From NCBI GenBank assembly GCA_964499705.1, contig CAZCME010000002.1, positions 248,001-312,000 of the forward strand: a stretch of DNA of 64,000 bases. Reading direction: 5' to 3'. A program made the translations under genes and the position numbers. Source of the stretch: an uncultured bacterium. GTDB taxonomy: Bacteria; UBA8481. The notes below the pieces were generated by a model that worked only from the letters and a program-made list of their open reading frames with translations, was not told where the DNA came from and did no database searches. Below are positions 46,199-56,472 of the stretch, in pieces. The number at the start of each line of letters is the position of its first letter. The stretch's first letter is position 1.

Positions 46199-48327
46199 GA
46201 CGGATTCGCGAAGGGGAGTTCGAGCGTGAAGGTCGATCCTTCGCCGGGCGCGGAACGCACGGAAAGGGAACCTCCGTGCGCGCGGGCGATCTCGTAGGAG
46301 AGAGACAGCCCGAGTCCCGTGCCGACGTCCGGGCCCTTCGTCGTGAAAAAGGGCTCGTAGATCTTCTTCATGAGAGCGTCATCCATCCCCGTGCCGTTGT
46401 CCTCGATGTCCACGATCGCCATGATCCTCCCGTGTCTCTCCTCTTGCCGCGTCCGCACCGTGATCCTTCCTCCCTCCTTCGGATGATGCTCCGTCACCGC
46501 GTCGACGGCATTCATGATGAGATTGATCATGATCTGCTCCAGCTTCGTCGCGTTCGCCAGGACGGTGACCGGCGAGGGAGCCGGCTCGCGAACGACCGTG
46601 ATGCCGTGGTCGCGAAGCAGGGAGCTCAACAGCGTGAAGGGAGAGGAGCTGATCGCGTTCATGTCGACGATCTCCGTCGTGTCGAGATCCCGGATGCTGA
46701 TGGCCTTCATGCTCTTGACGATATCGGCCATGCGGTCGATCTGCTGAATGGACCGCGTCAGGGTCTCTTTCAGGCGCGCTTCCGACACGGGTAGGCCGTC
46801 CTCGTAGTTGAGCAGAAGCCCCTGGCAGAAATTGCGGATCGCGTTCAGGGGCTGATTGATCTCATGCGCGACGCCGGACGCCATTCGCCCCATCGCGCTT
46901 AGCTTCTCCGTCATGATCACCTGCGCCTCCATCTGCCGGAGAGCCGTGATATCCTCCTCGATGCCGACGAAGTGCGTGACTTCTCCGTTCCCGCGTATGG
47001 GCGAAATGATGATGCGGGCCCAGAAATATTCTCCTGATTTCTTCCGATTCTTCAGGACTCCCGTCCAGACGTTCCCGGCGGTGATGACCTTCCACATGTC
47101 GACATAATTTTCCCTGGGTGTTTCGCCGGACTTCACGAGCGCGGGAGTTCTTCCGACGGATTCCTCCGCCGTATATCCCGTGACGGACGTGAAATAGGGA
47201 TTCACGTACTCGATGATGCCGTTCCGGTCGGTGATGAGAACAAGCGTGGGGCTCTGTTCCACGACGCGCGACAGCTTCCGATCCCGCTCGGCGGCGGCGC
47301 GCTGCTGGAGGGTTTCGCGCAGCCCGATAACGACCACGAGGAAGAGGTTCGCCATGAGTCCCGCCGCGGCCAGGAGGCGAGGCTGGAGCCTCTCTCCGGC
47401 GGAAAGATAATCGGATTGGGAATGATAGCGGATCGTCCATGCCTGCCCGCCGATCACGATGGTGTTGGAGTGAATCCATTTTCCATGACCGGGCGCTTCA
47501 GAATCGGAGGCCTGCCTGTGACTGTCGAAGAGCATGTTGCCCGCCGCGATGGTTTCGCCATCGAAGATCTCAAAGCCCAGTTCGGGAACTCCCGGCCCCA
47601 GGATGCCGCTCATGAGGTCGCGCGCGCGGAAGGGGCTGTAGACCATTCCTATGAAGGCGTCCCGCCGCTCCTCGACAGTGCGTACAGGCGCGCCGTTCCT
47701 GTAGACGGGCAGGTACATGAGAAAGCCGGATTGAATGTCCGTGTCGGTCTCCTGGACCAGCCGGACAAGTCCGGAGAGCGCCATACTTCCGGAATCGCGG
47801 GCGCGTTCCATGGCGATCCGCCGGATCGATTCGGAGTACATGTCATAGCCGAAGGCGCGGAGATTACGACCTTCGAACGGTTCAAGATATATTATGGAAT
47901 GATATTCGTCCCGCGCGGGCGAATCCGGGCGAACCGCATAGTCCGGATATCCTTCTTGCCGAATGGTCTTTTCGTGATGCGCGAGTCGCTCGGCGGGAAC
48001 GCGGACGCTCCAGCCCATGCCCTGGATCCCGGGATAGAGCTCGCTGAGTTTCAGCCCCGCCACATACGCGCTCCATTCCGCGCGTGACACCTTTTCGGAA
48101 GCCGTGAAGAGCCCCACGCCTCCTCGCAGGATCTGCTCGTGAATCCGCATGCGCTCGCGAATCTGATATTCGATCTTCATCACGCGCGCATGAAAGCGAT
48201 TCTCGGCCAGGGCCTCGATCTCCTTGTTGGAGATCCACCAGGCGGCAAATGTCATGCAGAGCAGCAGGACGAAGATGGTTCTCGTCGTCCACGAATGGAA
48301 TATCAGTTTTGAAATCCGAGCGATCAT
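46195..48327 (-). CDS. CHASE-PAS sensor histidine kinase
   Basis: CHASE (YPGIQGMG, IIYLEP..NLRAFGYDM), PAS, AHEINQPL, PFFTTK, GTGLGL. Confidence 0.92.
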   Translation of the reverse strand: MIARISKLIFHSWTTRTIFVLLLCMTFAAWWISNKEIEALAENRFHARVMKIEYQIRERMRIHEQILRGGVGLFTASEKVSRAEWSAYVAGLKLSELYPGIQGMGWSVRVPAERLAHHEKTIRQEGYPDYAVRPDSPARDEYHSIIYLEPFEGRNLRAFGYDMYSESIRRIAMERARDSGSMALSGLVRLVQETDTDIQSGFLMYLPVYRNGAPVRTVEERRDAFIGMVYSPFRARDLMSGILGPGVPELGFEIFDGETIAAGNMLFDSHRQASDSEAPGHGKWIHSNTIVIGGQAWTIRYHSQSDYLSAGERLQPRLLAAAGLMANLFLVVVIGLRETLQQRAAAERDRKLSRVVEQSPTLVLITDRNGIIEYVNPYFTSVTGYTAEESVGRTPALVKSGETPRENYVDMWKVITAGNVWTGVLKNRKKSGEYFWARIIISPIRGNGEVTHFVGIEEDITALRQMEAQVIMTEKLSAMGRMASGVAHEINQPLNAIRNFCQGLLLNYEDGLPVSEARLKETLTRSIQQIDRMADIVKSMKAISIRDLDTTEIVDMNAISSSPFTLLSSLLRDHGITVVREPAPSPVTVLANATKLEQIMINLIMNAVDAVTEHHPKEGGRITVRTRQEERHGRIMAIVDIEDNGTGMDDALMKKIYEPFFTTKGPDVGTGLGLSLSYEIARAHGGSLSVRSAPGEGSTFTLELPFANPS

Positions 48328-48485
48328 CCGGGCACGCGCGCCGAAAGCAATTTCCGCTTTTCATGCACAGAGAAAGTATAGCGCGGTGATTTCACGGATG
48401 GTGTGGAGCCCTGCGAAACATCGCGGGAACCGCGCTCGCCGCTCATCGGGCTGTGACCGTTCACACAGCGAAGGCGCTCCGACTT

Positions 48486-50696
48486 CTACTCCAGCCGGAA
48501 GATCTCCATCGAGAGCGGAGGCAGTTCCATCGCCAGATACTGGTTGTGTCCATGGTATCCGCCCGGCTGGCTCGATCGTCCCGGGTGATTGCCCGTGTTG
48601 CTGCCGCCGTAAACCGCCGCGTTGGAATTGAAGACCTCCCGGTAATATCCCGGCTGCGGAACGCCGATGCGATAATCGCTTTGAGGCGTTGTCATGAAGT
48701 TGAAGACGAAGAGCAGCAGATCGCGGTCGTGCGAGCCGGAGCGGACGAAGGAGATGACGGAGTTTTTCGCGTCCGAAAAATCGATCCAGCGGAAGTGGTC
48801 GCCTTCCAGCTCGAACTTGTGGAGCGCCTCGTTTTCCCGGTACAGCTTGTTCAGATCGCGCACGTACGACTGCACCTGCCGGTGATCTTCATACTCCAGC
48901 AGATACCAGTCGATCTCCCGGCTCTCGCTCCACTCCCGATACTGCGCGAGCTCCGAACCCATGAAGAGCGTCTTCTTGCCCGGGTGCGCATACATGAAGC
49001 CGTACAAAAGCCGCAGGTTCGCGAATTTCTGTGGCTTCAGGCCCGGCATCTTCCGGATCAGCGATCTCTTGCCGTGGACGACTTCGTCGTGCGAGAGCAC
49101 CAGCATGTATTTCTCGTGGAACGCGTAGTGAAGCATGAAGGAGAGTTTTCCATGGAGAGACTTCCGGGACGAAGGAGCGCGCCTTATGTATTCGAGCGTG
49201 TCGTTCATCCAGCCCATGTTCCACTTGTACGTGAAGCCGAGTCCCCCGGCGGTCTCCGACCGTGTCACGCCGTTGAAGGCCGTCGACTCCTCCGCGAGCG
49301 TGATGACCCCGGGATGCTCCCGCCGGATCGTCGCGTTCAAGTCGCGAAGAAACGCGATCGCTTCGAGATTCTCCTTGCCGCCGAATTTGTTCGGCAGCCA
49401 CTGGCCGGGCTTGCGGGAATAATCGAGATAGAGCATGGAGGCGACGGCGTCGACGCGGATGCCGTCGATGTGGTATTTCCGGATCCAGAAGAGGGCGCTG
49501 GCCATCAGGAAATTCCGGACCTCGAAGCGGCCGTAATTGAAGATCGAGGTCTTCCAGTCGGGATGAAATCCCTTCCGCGGATCGGCATGCTCGTACAGGT
49601 GCGTGCCGTCGAATCGCGCGAGGCCGTGCGGGTCGCGGGGGAAATGAGCCGGAACCCAGTCGAGGATCACTCCGATGCCGTTCCTGTGGCACTGGTCGAT
49701 CAGGTACATGAAGTCGTCGGGCGAACCGAACCGGGAGGTTGGCGCGAAATAGCTGGTGACCTGGTAACCCCAGGACTGGTCCAGAGGATGCTCCGTCGGC
49801 GGCAGCAGTTCCACGTGCGAAAATCCCATGTCCTTCAGGTAGGGGATGAGGTCGTCGGCGATTTCGCGGTAATTGTGGAAGGGCTGCTCCTTGTCGTTCT
49901 TGCGGATCCAGGATCCGAGATGAAGCTCGTACACGGAGACGGGCCGCCGATACGTTTCCTCCGAGGCGCGGCGCCGCATCCATTCGCCGTCGCTCCAGTT
50001 GTACCGGTCGATGTCCCAGACGATGGAGGATTTTTTCGGGCGGAGCTGCGCGGCGAAGGCGTAGGGGTCGCTCTTGACGAGCGTCTTGTTCTTCAGCGTG
50101 TGAATGACGAACTTGTACAGCGAGCCTTCCTTCAAGCCCGGGATGAAGAGCTCCCACAGGCCGGAGGCCCGGGCGTTCATCGGATGCGCGCGCATGTTCC
50201 ATCCGTTGAAGACGCCGGCGACGCTGACGTATTTCGCGTTCGGCGCCCAGACCGTGAAGTTGACGCCGGCGATGCCGTCGTTGTGGACGAGCCTTCCTCC
50301 GAGAAAGTGATACCCCGCATCGTGGTTGCCGGACGAGAACCGCGCGACGTCATCGTCGGCGAGGAGCGAGTGGAAACGGAAATGATACGGATCGCGGATC
50401 GTGACGGTGCGACCGGCATTGGTGCGGATATGAAGCTTATAGTCGAACGTTTTCTTCCCGGGAAAGTCGGCCGCGAAGAGACCGGCGCGGTCGATCAGCT
50501 TCATCGTCGTCAGCGTCTTGTCCGTCGCGTGGACGACCGTGACCGCGGAGGCGCCCGGATTGAAGTGCCTGATGACGACGCCGTCGTTTCCGTCCTCGCC
50601 GTACGTGTGCATGCCCAGCTCCCCGGACGGAAACTTCAGCTCCGCCTTGACGATTCGCGCGATCTTCTGCCTCGTGAGGGGGTGGGCTACCGGCAT
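48486..50696 (-). CDS. glgB: 1,4-alpha-glucan branching enzyme
   Basis: FTVWAPNA, YELHLGSW, SWGYQ, DWVPAHFP, GIRVDAVASMLY, AEEST, LSHDEVVHGK. Confidence 0.98.
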   Translation of the reverse strand: MPVAHPLTRQKIARIVKAELKFPSGELGMHTYGEDGNDGVVIRHFNPGASAVTVVHATDKTLTTMKLIDRAGLFAADFPGKKTFDYKLHIRTNAGRTVTIRDPYHFRFHSLLADDDVARFSSGNHDAGYHFLGGRLVHNDGIAGVNFTVWAPNAKYVSVAGVFNGWNMRAHPMNARASGLWELFIPGLKEGSLYKFVIHTLKNKTLVKSDPYAFAAQLRPKKSSIVWDIDRYNWSDGEWMRRRASEETYRRPVSVYELHLGSWIRKNDKEQPFHNYREIADDLIPYLKDMGFSHVELLPPTEHPLDQSWGYQVTSYFAPTSRFGSPDDFMYLIDQCHRNGIGVILDWVPAHFPRDPHGLARFDGTHLYEHADPRKGFHPDWKTSIFNYGRFEVRNFLMASALFWIRKYHIDGIRVDAVASMLYLDYSRKPGQWLPNKFGGKENLEAIAFLRDLNATIRREHPGVITLAEESTAFNGVTRSETAGGLGFTYKWNMGWMNDTLEYIRRAPSSRKSLHGKLSFMLHYAFHEKYMLVLSHDEVVHGKRSLIRKMPGLKPQKFANLRLLYGFMYAHPGKKTLFMGSELAQYREWSESREIDWYLLEYEDHRQVQSYVRDLNKLYRENEALHKFELEGDHFRWIDFSDAKNSVISFVRSGSHDRDLLLFVFNFMTTPQSDYRIGVPQPGYYREVFNSNAAVYGGSNTGNHPGRSSQPGGYHGHNQYLAMELPPLSMEIFRLE

Positions 50697-51832
50697 GATG
50701 GAATACTCGCGGCAAGCCTGTCGCAAGCTAGCCTGTCCGCGTGGCGATAGGTGAGGCTGTAGCCCATGGAGCGGGGTATCTCCAGGAGCCGGTCGAAGTC
50801 GCGGTCGATCCGCGCTCCGGCTTTCTGGGTCACTTCATCCTCGAGCGGAAGATCGAAGTCGTCCGCGCCGTATTCGAGCGCCTTGAAGGCGTCCTCGTTC
50901 AACGTCAGGACGGACGTCCGGAAGTGGCGGATGTTGTCGAGATAGATCCGCGCGACGGCGGTGTGTCTCCAGTATTCGCGGGCGCTCGCCTCGCGCCCGC
51001 CCAGCGTTGTGCCGCCGGGCTTGTACGTCCAGCAGAGGAAGCTGAAGAGCCCGCCGGTCTTACCGGCCAAGGCCGCGTCCTGGAATCGGCGCGTCCGTTC
51101 GAGGTGCTCGATCCGCTCCTCCGGAGTCTCGTCGAAGCCGATCACCATCGTGGCCGTCGTCTTCATGCCGGCATCGAGCACGGCGCGCTGCGCGTCGAAA
51201 AATTGGTCCACGGTGTATTTGAACCGGCTGTGTCTCCGGCGAAAATCCTCCGTCAGGATCTCCGCGCCACCACCTGTGATCCAATGGACTCCCGCATCCC
51301 GAAGTCGGCCCGCGGTTTCGGCGTACGACAGCTTCGCGTGATCCGCGAGATACAGGAACTCCGCGATCGTCAGGGCGTAGAATTCGACGCGGTCGCGATA
51401 CCGCTCGCGCACGCGCGAAAAGAGAGAGCAGTAATATTCGAGCGGCAGGAGCGGATTGAATCCGCCGTTGAATCCGACGAGGTCTCCGCCCATCTCCAGG
51501 AGCTCGTCGATCTTCGCGAAGACCTGGGCATCCGTCAGCACGTATCCGCGGGCGTCTCCCGGCAGGACATAGAAGGCGCAGTAGTCGCACTGGGCGACGC
51601 AGACGTTCGTGTAGTTGATGATCCTCATGATGAGATACGTCGCCTTGTCGGGTTCGTGGAAGCGGGAGCGGACCAGGGCGGCGAGCCTTTTCAGCTCGTC
51701 GTCGGATGCGTCCCTGTTCAGCAGGAGCGCATCCTCGCGATCGATCCGCTTGCCGGACAGGATGGAATCCGCCACGCCCCGGAGCGAGGGTTGGAAATCC
51801 ACGGGCGGAGGAATGACGGGGGCGCAAGGCAT
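50687..51832 (-). CDS. mqnC: CofH/MqnC-family radical SAM enzyme, probable dehypoxanthine futalosine cyclase
   Basis: RIINYTNVCVAQCDYCAFY, GGFNP, GGGAEIL, TTATMVIG, FLCWTY, YGADD. Confidence 0.78.
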   Translation of the reverse strand: MPCAPVIPPPVDFQPSLRGVADSILSGKRIDREDALLLNRDASDDELKRLAALVRSRFHEPDKATYLIMRIINYTNVCVAQCDYCAFYVLPGDARGYVLTDAQVFAKIDELLEMGGDLVGFNGGFNPLLPLEYYCSLFSRVRERYRDRVEFYALTIAEFLYLADHAKLSYAETAGRLRDAGVHWITGGGAEILTEDFRRRHSRFKYTVDQFFDAQRAVLDAGMKTTATMVIGFDETPEERIEHLERTRRFQDAALAGKTGGLFSFLCWTYKPGGTTLGGREASAREYWRHTAVARIYLDNIRHFRTSVLTLNEDAFKALEYGADDFDLPLEDEVTQKAGARIDRDFDRLLEIPRSMGYSLTYRHADRLACDRLAASIPSCR

Positions 51833-51969
51833 GGTTTATTAGACCGTGATCGTCGGAGAGGCGTCAATGCTTATCCGATCGGACGGCGCCTCTTCCGGGC
51901 CGACGCGGCCTGTGGATGAACGGGACGAATTCCGCTTGGGTTTCAGGCGTTCGCCATTATGATTATTTC

Positions 51970-52863
51970 ATGGCGAAGAAGAAGAAAACCCAGCTCGTGC
52001 GGGCCACCGATCTCGATACCCTGCGGGATATCAACGCGGAGGCGATCGAAGTCCTCGCGCACGACCGTTCTCCGGCGGAACCCGGCCTCGCGGACAAGGT
52101 GCGCGAGATCCGGCGCTCCCACGCGCAGACGCTGCACAGCGACATCATTTATGCCCTGTCCAACCTCCGCTTCGACGAGGAAACGGCCCGGAGGAAGTGG
52201 CTCTCGATCCTTCAGCACAAGTACGTCGTCAGCGAGAAGCTGGGCCGGAACATCGGCATCCGCGTTGCCATGCTCGATTACTTCCACAACATCACGCGCG
52301 AGCTGAAAAGCGTCACGATGATCGAGGTCACGAAGCTGGAGGAGACCACGCGGGACTCCATCACCGACTGGCTGACGGGAGCTTTCCTGAAGGGGCACTT
52401 CCGGGAGCTTGCCGCCGCGGAACTGGATCGGTCCGCGCGGAATCAGCTGACATGCTCGCTCCTGTTCCTCGATATCGACTGGTTCAAGAAATATAACGAC
52501 ATCCACGGGCATCTCCAGGGCGACATTCTCCTGAAGCTCCTGTCGAACTACATCGCCGACCTCATCCGCCCCTACGACATCATGGGCCGCTACGGCGGCG
52601 AGGAATTCGTCGTCCTGTTTCCGGAGACGAACACGGAACAGGCGATGCACCGCGCCGAGGAGATCCGGCAGACCGTGGAAGGTCTCCCGCTGCCGGGTGC
52701 CAAGGAGATGCCGGAAGGGAAGATCACGATCTCGGGCGGCGTGGCATCGTTTCCGGTCCACGCCGACAAGCTCGATCCGCTCCTGGCCGCCGCCGATGAC
52801 GCTCTCTACCACGCCAAGCGCGGAGGCCGGAATCGGATCGCGATGGCAGGTGCTGAAATCTAA
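51970..52863 (+). CDS. Diguanylate cyclase (GGEEF) with helical N-terminal domain
   Basis: DWLTG, DIDWFKKYND, RPYD I-site, RYGGEEF, ADDALYHAKRGGRNR. Confidence 0.93.
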   Translation: MAKKKKTQLVRATDLDTLRDINAEAIEVLAHDRSPAEPGLADKVREIRRSHAQTLHSDIIYALSNLRFDEETARRKWLSILQHKYVVSEKLGRNIGIRVAMLDYFHNITRELKSVTMIEVTKLEETTRDSITDWLTGAFLKGHFRELAAAELDRSARNQLTCSLLFLDIDWFKKYNDIHGHLQGDILLKLLSNYIADLIRPYDIMGRYGGEEFVVLFPETNTEQAMHRAEEIRQTVEGLPLPGAKEMPEGKITISGGVASFPVHADKLDPLLAAADDALYHAKRGGRNRIAMAGAEI

Positions 52864-52885
52864 TATCTAATATCTGAATTCATGC

Positions 52886-54793
52886 CTACCGCGTATGCGC
52901 CTCTTCCAGGTAGGTATATCCCCTCAACCCCGACTCGTAGAACTGCAGGAACAGCACCGATTCCTCCAGCGTGATCTTCTTCTCCCGCACCGCGCGCTCG
53001 ATGTCCTTGCGCATCGCGTCCTCCAGTTCGTCCGCGTTGTACTGCACGTACGAAAGAACCTGCCGGACGGTATCGCCCTTCACCACGTGATCGATGCTGA
53101 TCTCGCCCTCGTCATCGAGGGAGACATGGACGGCGTTGGTGTCGCCGAGGAGATTATGCAGATCGCCGAGGATTTCCTGGTAGGCACCGACGAGAAACGC
53201 GGCGAGAAAATAATCGCTGCCGTTGTACGGGTGCAGCTCCAGGACTTTCTTCACGTCATGCAGGTCGATGAACCGGTCGACCTTGCCGTCGGAATCGCAC
53301 GTGATGTCGGCGAGGATCGCCCGGCGCGTCGGGTCTTCATTAAGCCGGTGGATCGGAAGGATGGGGAAGAGCTGGCGGATCGCCCAGCTGTCCGGCATCG
53401 ACTGGAAGATGGAGTAATTGCAGAAGTACGTATCCGACAGCTGCGTCGGGAGATTCTCCAGTTCGTCGGGGACATAATCGAGGTCCTGGATGATCTTCAG
53501 GATCTTGCTGCAGATCGACCAGTAGAGGCTCTCCGCCTGGCTTCTCCATTCCAGCGACAGGAATCCCAGGTTGAAGGCGTTCAGCGCGTCCTCGCGGGAC
53601 TGGACCGCGTCGTGATAGGACTCCAGGAAGTTCTTCTTCGTGATGGTCTTGTAGATCCGAAACATGTCCTTCAACTGCTGCGGCGCGCTCCGCGGCATCT
53701 GCTCGGGTACCTTGAAGTCGTCGAACGCGGAGACGCCCAGGACGTTGAAGACAAGGACGCTGTGGTAGGCGACGACGGCGCGGCCCGATTCGGTGATGAT
53801 CGTCGGATGCGCGATGTTCGCCTCGTCGCAGACGATCTTCATCCGGTTGACGATGTCGTTGGCGTACTCCTGCAGGTTGTAGTTCACCGACGATTCGAAG
53901 TTCGACTGGGAGCCGTCATAATCGATCCCGAGCCCGCCGCCGACATCGATGTACTCCAGGCCCGCACCGGCCTTCGTGAGCTCCACGTAGACGCGTCCCG
54001 CTTCCGAAAGCGAATCCTTGATCTTGCGGATATTCGTGACCTGGCTTCCCATGTGGTAGTGGAGGAGCTTCAGGCAGTCGGCCATGTTGCGGGCGCGGAG
54101 ATATTCGAGCGCGGCGAGAATCTCCGTCACGGTGAGCCCGAACTTCGATCGGTATCCGGCGGAGGATTCCCAGCGGCCCGAACCGCGGCTGGCCAGCTTG
54201 ACGCGGACTCCGATCCGCGGCTTGACCTGCAGCTTCTCCGAATACTTCACGATCAGCTCCAGCTCCGTGAATTTCTCCACGACCGGGATGATGTTCCGGC
54301 CGATCTTCTGGGCGAGGATGACGGTCTCGATGAATTCATCGTCCTTGAATCCGTTGCAGATGATCGGGACGTCGAGCCCCTTCGTCAGGGCCAGCACCGC
54401 GAGAAGTTCCGGCTTCGATCCCGCCTCCAGGCCGAAGTTGTACTCCTTGCCGAAATCGAGGATCTCCTCCACGACGTGCCGCTGCTGGTTCACCTTGATC
54501 GGGTAGACGCAGCTGTAACCGCCTTTGTATTCGTTTTCCGTGATGGCGTTTTTAAAGGCCTGGTGGATTTCGCCGACGCGGTGGCGGAGGATGTCGGTGA
54601 AGCGGACGAGGATCGGGAGCATGATGCCGCGTGTCTGGAGCTGATCGACGAGCTGCTTCAGGTCGATGGCGCGCTCCGGCTTCTTGTCGGGATGGACCGC
54701 GACGTTCCCCTGGTCATTGACGGAGAAGTAATCCTTCCCCCAGTTCTTGATGTTGTAGCACTCGATCGAATCCTGAATCGTCCACTTGTCCAT
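52886..54793 (-). CDS. speA: Biosynthetic arginine decarboxylase
   Basis: YPIKVNQ, GLEAGSKPEL, HYHMGSQ, DVGGGLGIDYDG, ESGRA, DITCDSDGK. Confidence 0.98.
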   Translation of the reverse strand: MDKWTIQDSIECYNIKNWGKDYFSVNDQGNVAVHPDKKPERAIDLKQLVDQLQTRGIMLPILVRFTDILRHRVGEIHQAFKNAITENEYKGGYSCVYPIKVNQQRHVVEEILDFGKEYNFGLEAGSKPELLAVLALTKGLDVPIICNGFKDDEFIETVILAQKIGRNIIPVVEKFTELELIVKYSEKLQVKPRIGVRVKLASRGSGRWESSAGYRSKFGLTVTEILAALEYLRARNMADCLKLLHYHMGSQVTNIRKIKDSLSEAGRVYVELTKAGAGLEYIDVGGGLGIDYDGSQSNFESSVNYNLQEYANDIVNRMKIVCDEANIAHPTIITESGRAVVAYHSVLVFNVLGVSAFDDFKVPEQMPRSAPQQLKDMFRIYKTITKKNFLESYHDAVQSREDALNAFNLGFLSLEWRSQAESLYWSICSKILKIIQDLDYVPDELENLPTQLSDTYFCNYSIFQSMPDSWAIRQLFPILPIHRLNEDPTRRAILADITCDSDGKVDRFIDLHDVKKVLELHPYNGSDYFLAAFLVGAYQEILGDLHNLLGDTNAVHVSLDDEGEISIDHVVKGDTVRQVLSYVQYNADELEDAMRKDIERAVREKKITLEESVLFLQFYESGLRGYTYLEEAHTR

Positions 54794-54915
54794 CTATGCT
54801 GGAATCCTCCGTGCCTGAGCACTCGCGGTGAAGACATGAATATGTGAAACGCCGGAAAAGTAGCACGCGCACACCGCGCCGCAATAGAAATATTTGTATT
54901 TTTTGGCGCCAGCCT

Positions 54916-56472
54916 TCAAGAACAGGGCCGGAATCCGACCATGTACAGCGACATGGGTGTTTTCCGGGACTCGAATCGGCGCGTCATGTCATAGACCGGA
55001 TGGCAGCCAGCACGCTCCAGCGCGGCCTGCAGCGTCCTTTTGTCGAAGAGCGTGAAATGGAAATTGCCCGGATAGTTCTGCTCGCCGTAAAGCCGCGTCA
55101 CCGCCTCCTCCGTCGGCATGCTGCCGTCCGCGTATCCGGAGGCGATGTAGGCCAGGTTGGGAGTGACGACCTGGATGGCGCCGCCCGGTTCGAGCGTCGC
55201 GACCCATTGACCGAGGATCCGGTCGAGTTGGGCGGTGGGGAAATGCTCGATGATGTGCTGCGCATGGATCTGCCGCACGCGGCCCCTTGCCAGCGGCATG
55301 CGGGTCGCTTCCCCTATGATGTCGACGTCGGTAATGCGCCTGGCATCGAGGTGGATATAGCCGGGATGAGGGCGTTCGCCGGAAGCGATCTCGACCGCGA
55401 CCGGGAGGCGCCGCCGCCGCAAGGGAAGGCCCGGCCACTTTTTTTCGATCGTCTCCAGGGCGATCGTGACGGTGAGCTGATCCATGCAGACGGGCTCGTC
55501 GCATCCGCGCGGGGAGCATGGGAAGCAGTCGAGCCCTTCGACCTGCATCGCCAGCGCGACATCCGGGCCGAGCGGTTTCCATTCCGGAGGATTGGAGGGA
55601 CCCCAGAGGATGAGCGTTCGCGCGCCGATCTGCCCGGCGATGTGGCCCGGTCCGGAGTTGTTGCCGATGAAGAGATCCGACTCTTCCAGCAGCAACGCGA
55701 GAACGCGCGTATTGTCGCGACCCGCCGCGGACGCATGCCTGTGCCGGGCCAGGTTCAGAATCCGCTCCACGGTATCTTCCTCGCGAATCCCCTCCCGCAT
55801 CGCGATGATGCTCATTTGGTCCTTGCGCCCTCCGAGGAACAATACTTTCGCTCCATACCGGTCGACGAGCGCGTCGGCGAGCTGCGCATAGCGCTCGTCC
55901 GCCCATCGCCGGGCGGGCACGCCGGCTCCGGGATGGATCATGACGAGAGGCTGATCCTTGTCGAGGTCAAGCTCGGCGACGATGCGGCGCGCCGCGACGA
56001 AATCCTCCCCCTGGAGCCACAGGTGCGGCGGAGCGATCGTGGAAGGGCGGTCGATCTTCAAGCGGTCGAGAACGCGCATTGTCTCGGAAGCGATGCCGTG
56101 ATGCTGTTCCCGCTCGATGAACTCGATGTCGTCGAAGACGGTGTCGCCGGGCATCACCATCAGCTTGATCGGAGCCCCGGTCGCCCGGGAAATCATCGCG
56201 GATCGGGGAGGAAACGCGAAATCGATCGAGACATCGAAGGGGCCGCTTTTCGCCACAAGCGCGCGGAGCTTCTCCAGGCCCTCGTCGCCCTGGTATTCCT
56301 CCGTCCAGGGCATCACGATATCGACGAAAGGGAAGGCTTTCACGACATCCTCGAGATAATACCAGCACAGCACCGTGATCTCCGCGTCGGCCCGGAGTTT
56401 CAGTTCGCGGATCGTGTGCATTGTCAGAAAAAGGTCTCCCAGGCCGTTCATGACGTTGACGAAGATGCGCAT
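54916..56472 (-). CDS. Glycosyltransferase family 9 fused to a SAM-methyltransferase-like domain
   Basis: GLGDLF, IHPGAG..RRW, GNNSGPGH, CFPC...C...CM; C-terminal VEIASG..YIHLD..HIIEHF..PGGAIQVVTPN. Confidence 0.85.
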   Translation of the reverse strand: MRIFVNVMNGLGDLFLTMHTIRELKLRADAEITVLCWYYLEDVVKAFPFVDIVMPWTEEYQGDEGLEKLRALVAKSGPFDVSIDFAFPPRSAMISRATGAPIKLMVMPGDTVFDDIEFIEREQHHGIASETMRVLDRLKIDRPSTIAPPHLWLQGEDFVAARRIVAELDLDKDQPLVMIHPGAGVPARRWADERYAQLADALVDRYGAKVLFLGGRKDQMSIIAMREGIREEDTVERILNLARHRHASAAGRDNTRVLALLLEESDLFIGNNSGPGHIAGQIGARTLILWGPSNPPEWKPLGPDVALAMQVEGLDCFPCSPRGCDEPVCMDQLTVTIALETIEKKWPGLPLRRRRLPVAVEIASGERPHPGYIHLDARRITDVDIIGEATRMPLARGRVRQIHAQHIIEHFPTAQLDRILGQWVATLEPGGAIQVVTPNLAYIASGYADGSMPTEEAVTRLYGEQNYPGNFHFTLFDKRTLQAALERAGCHPVYDMTRRFESRKTPMSLYMVGFRPCS

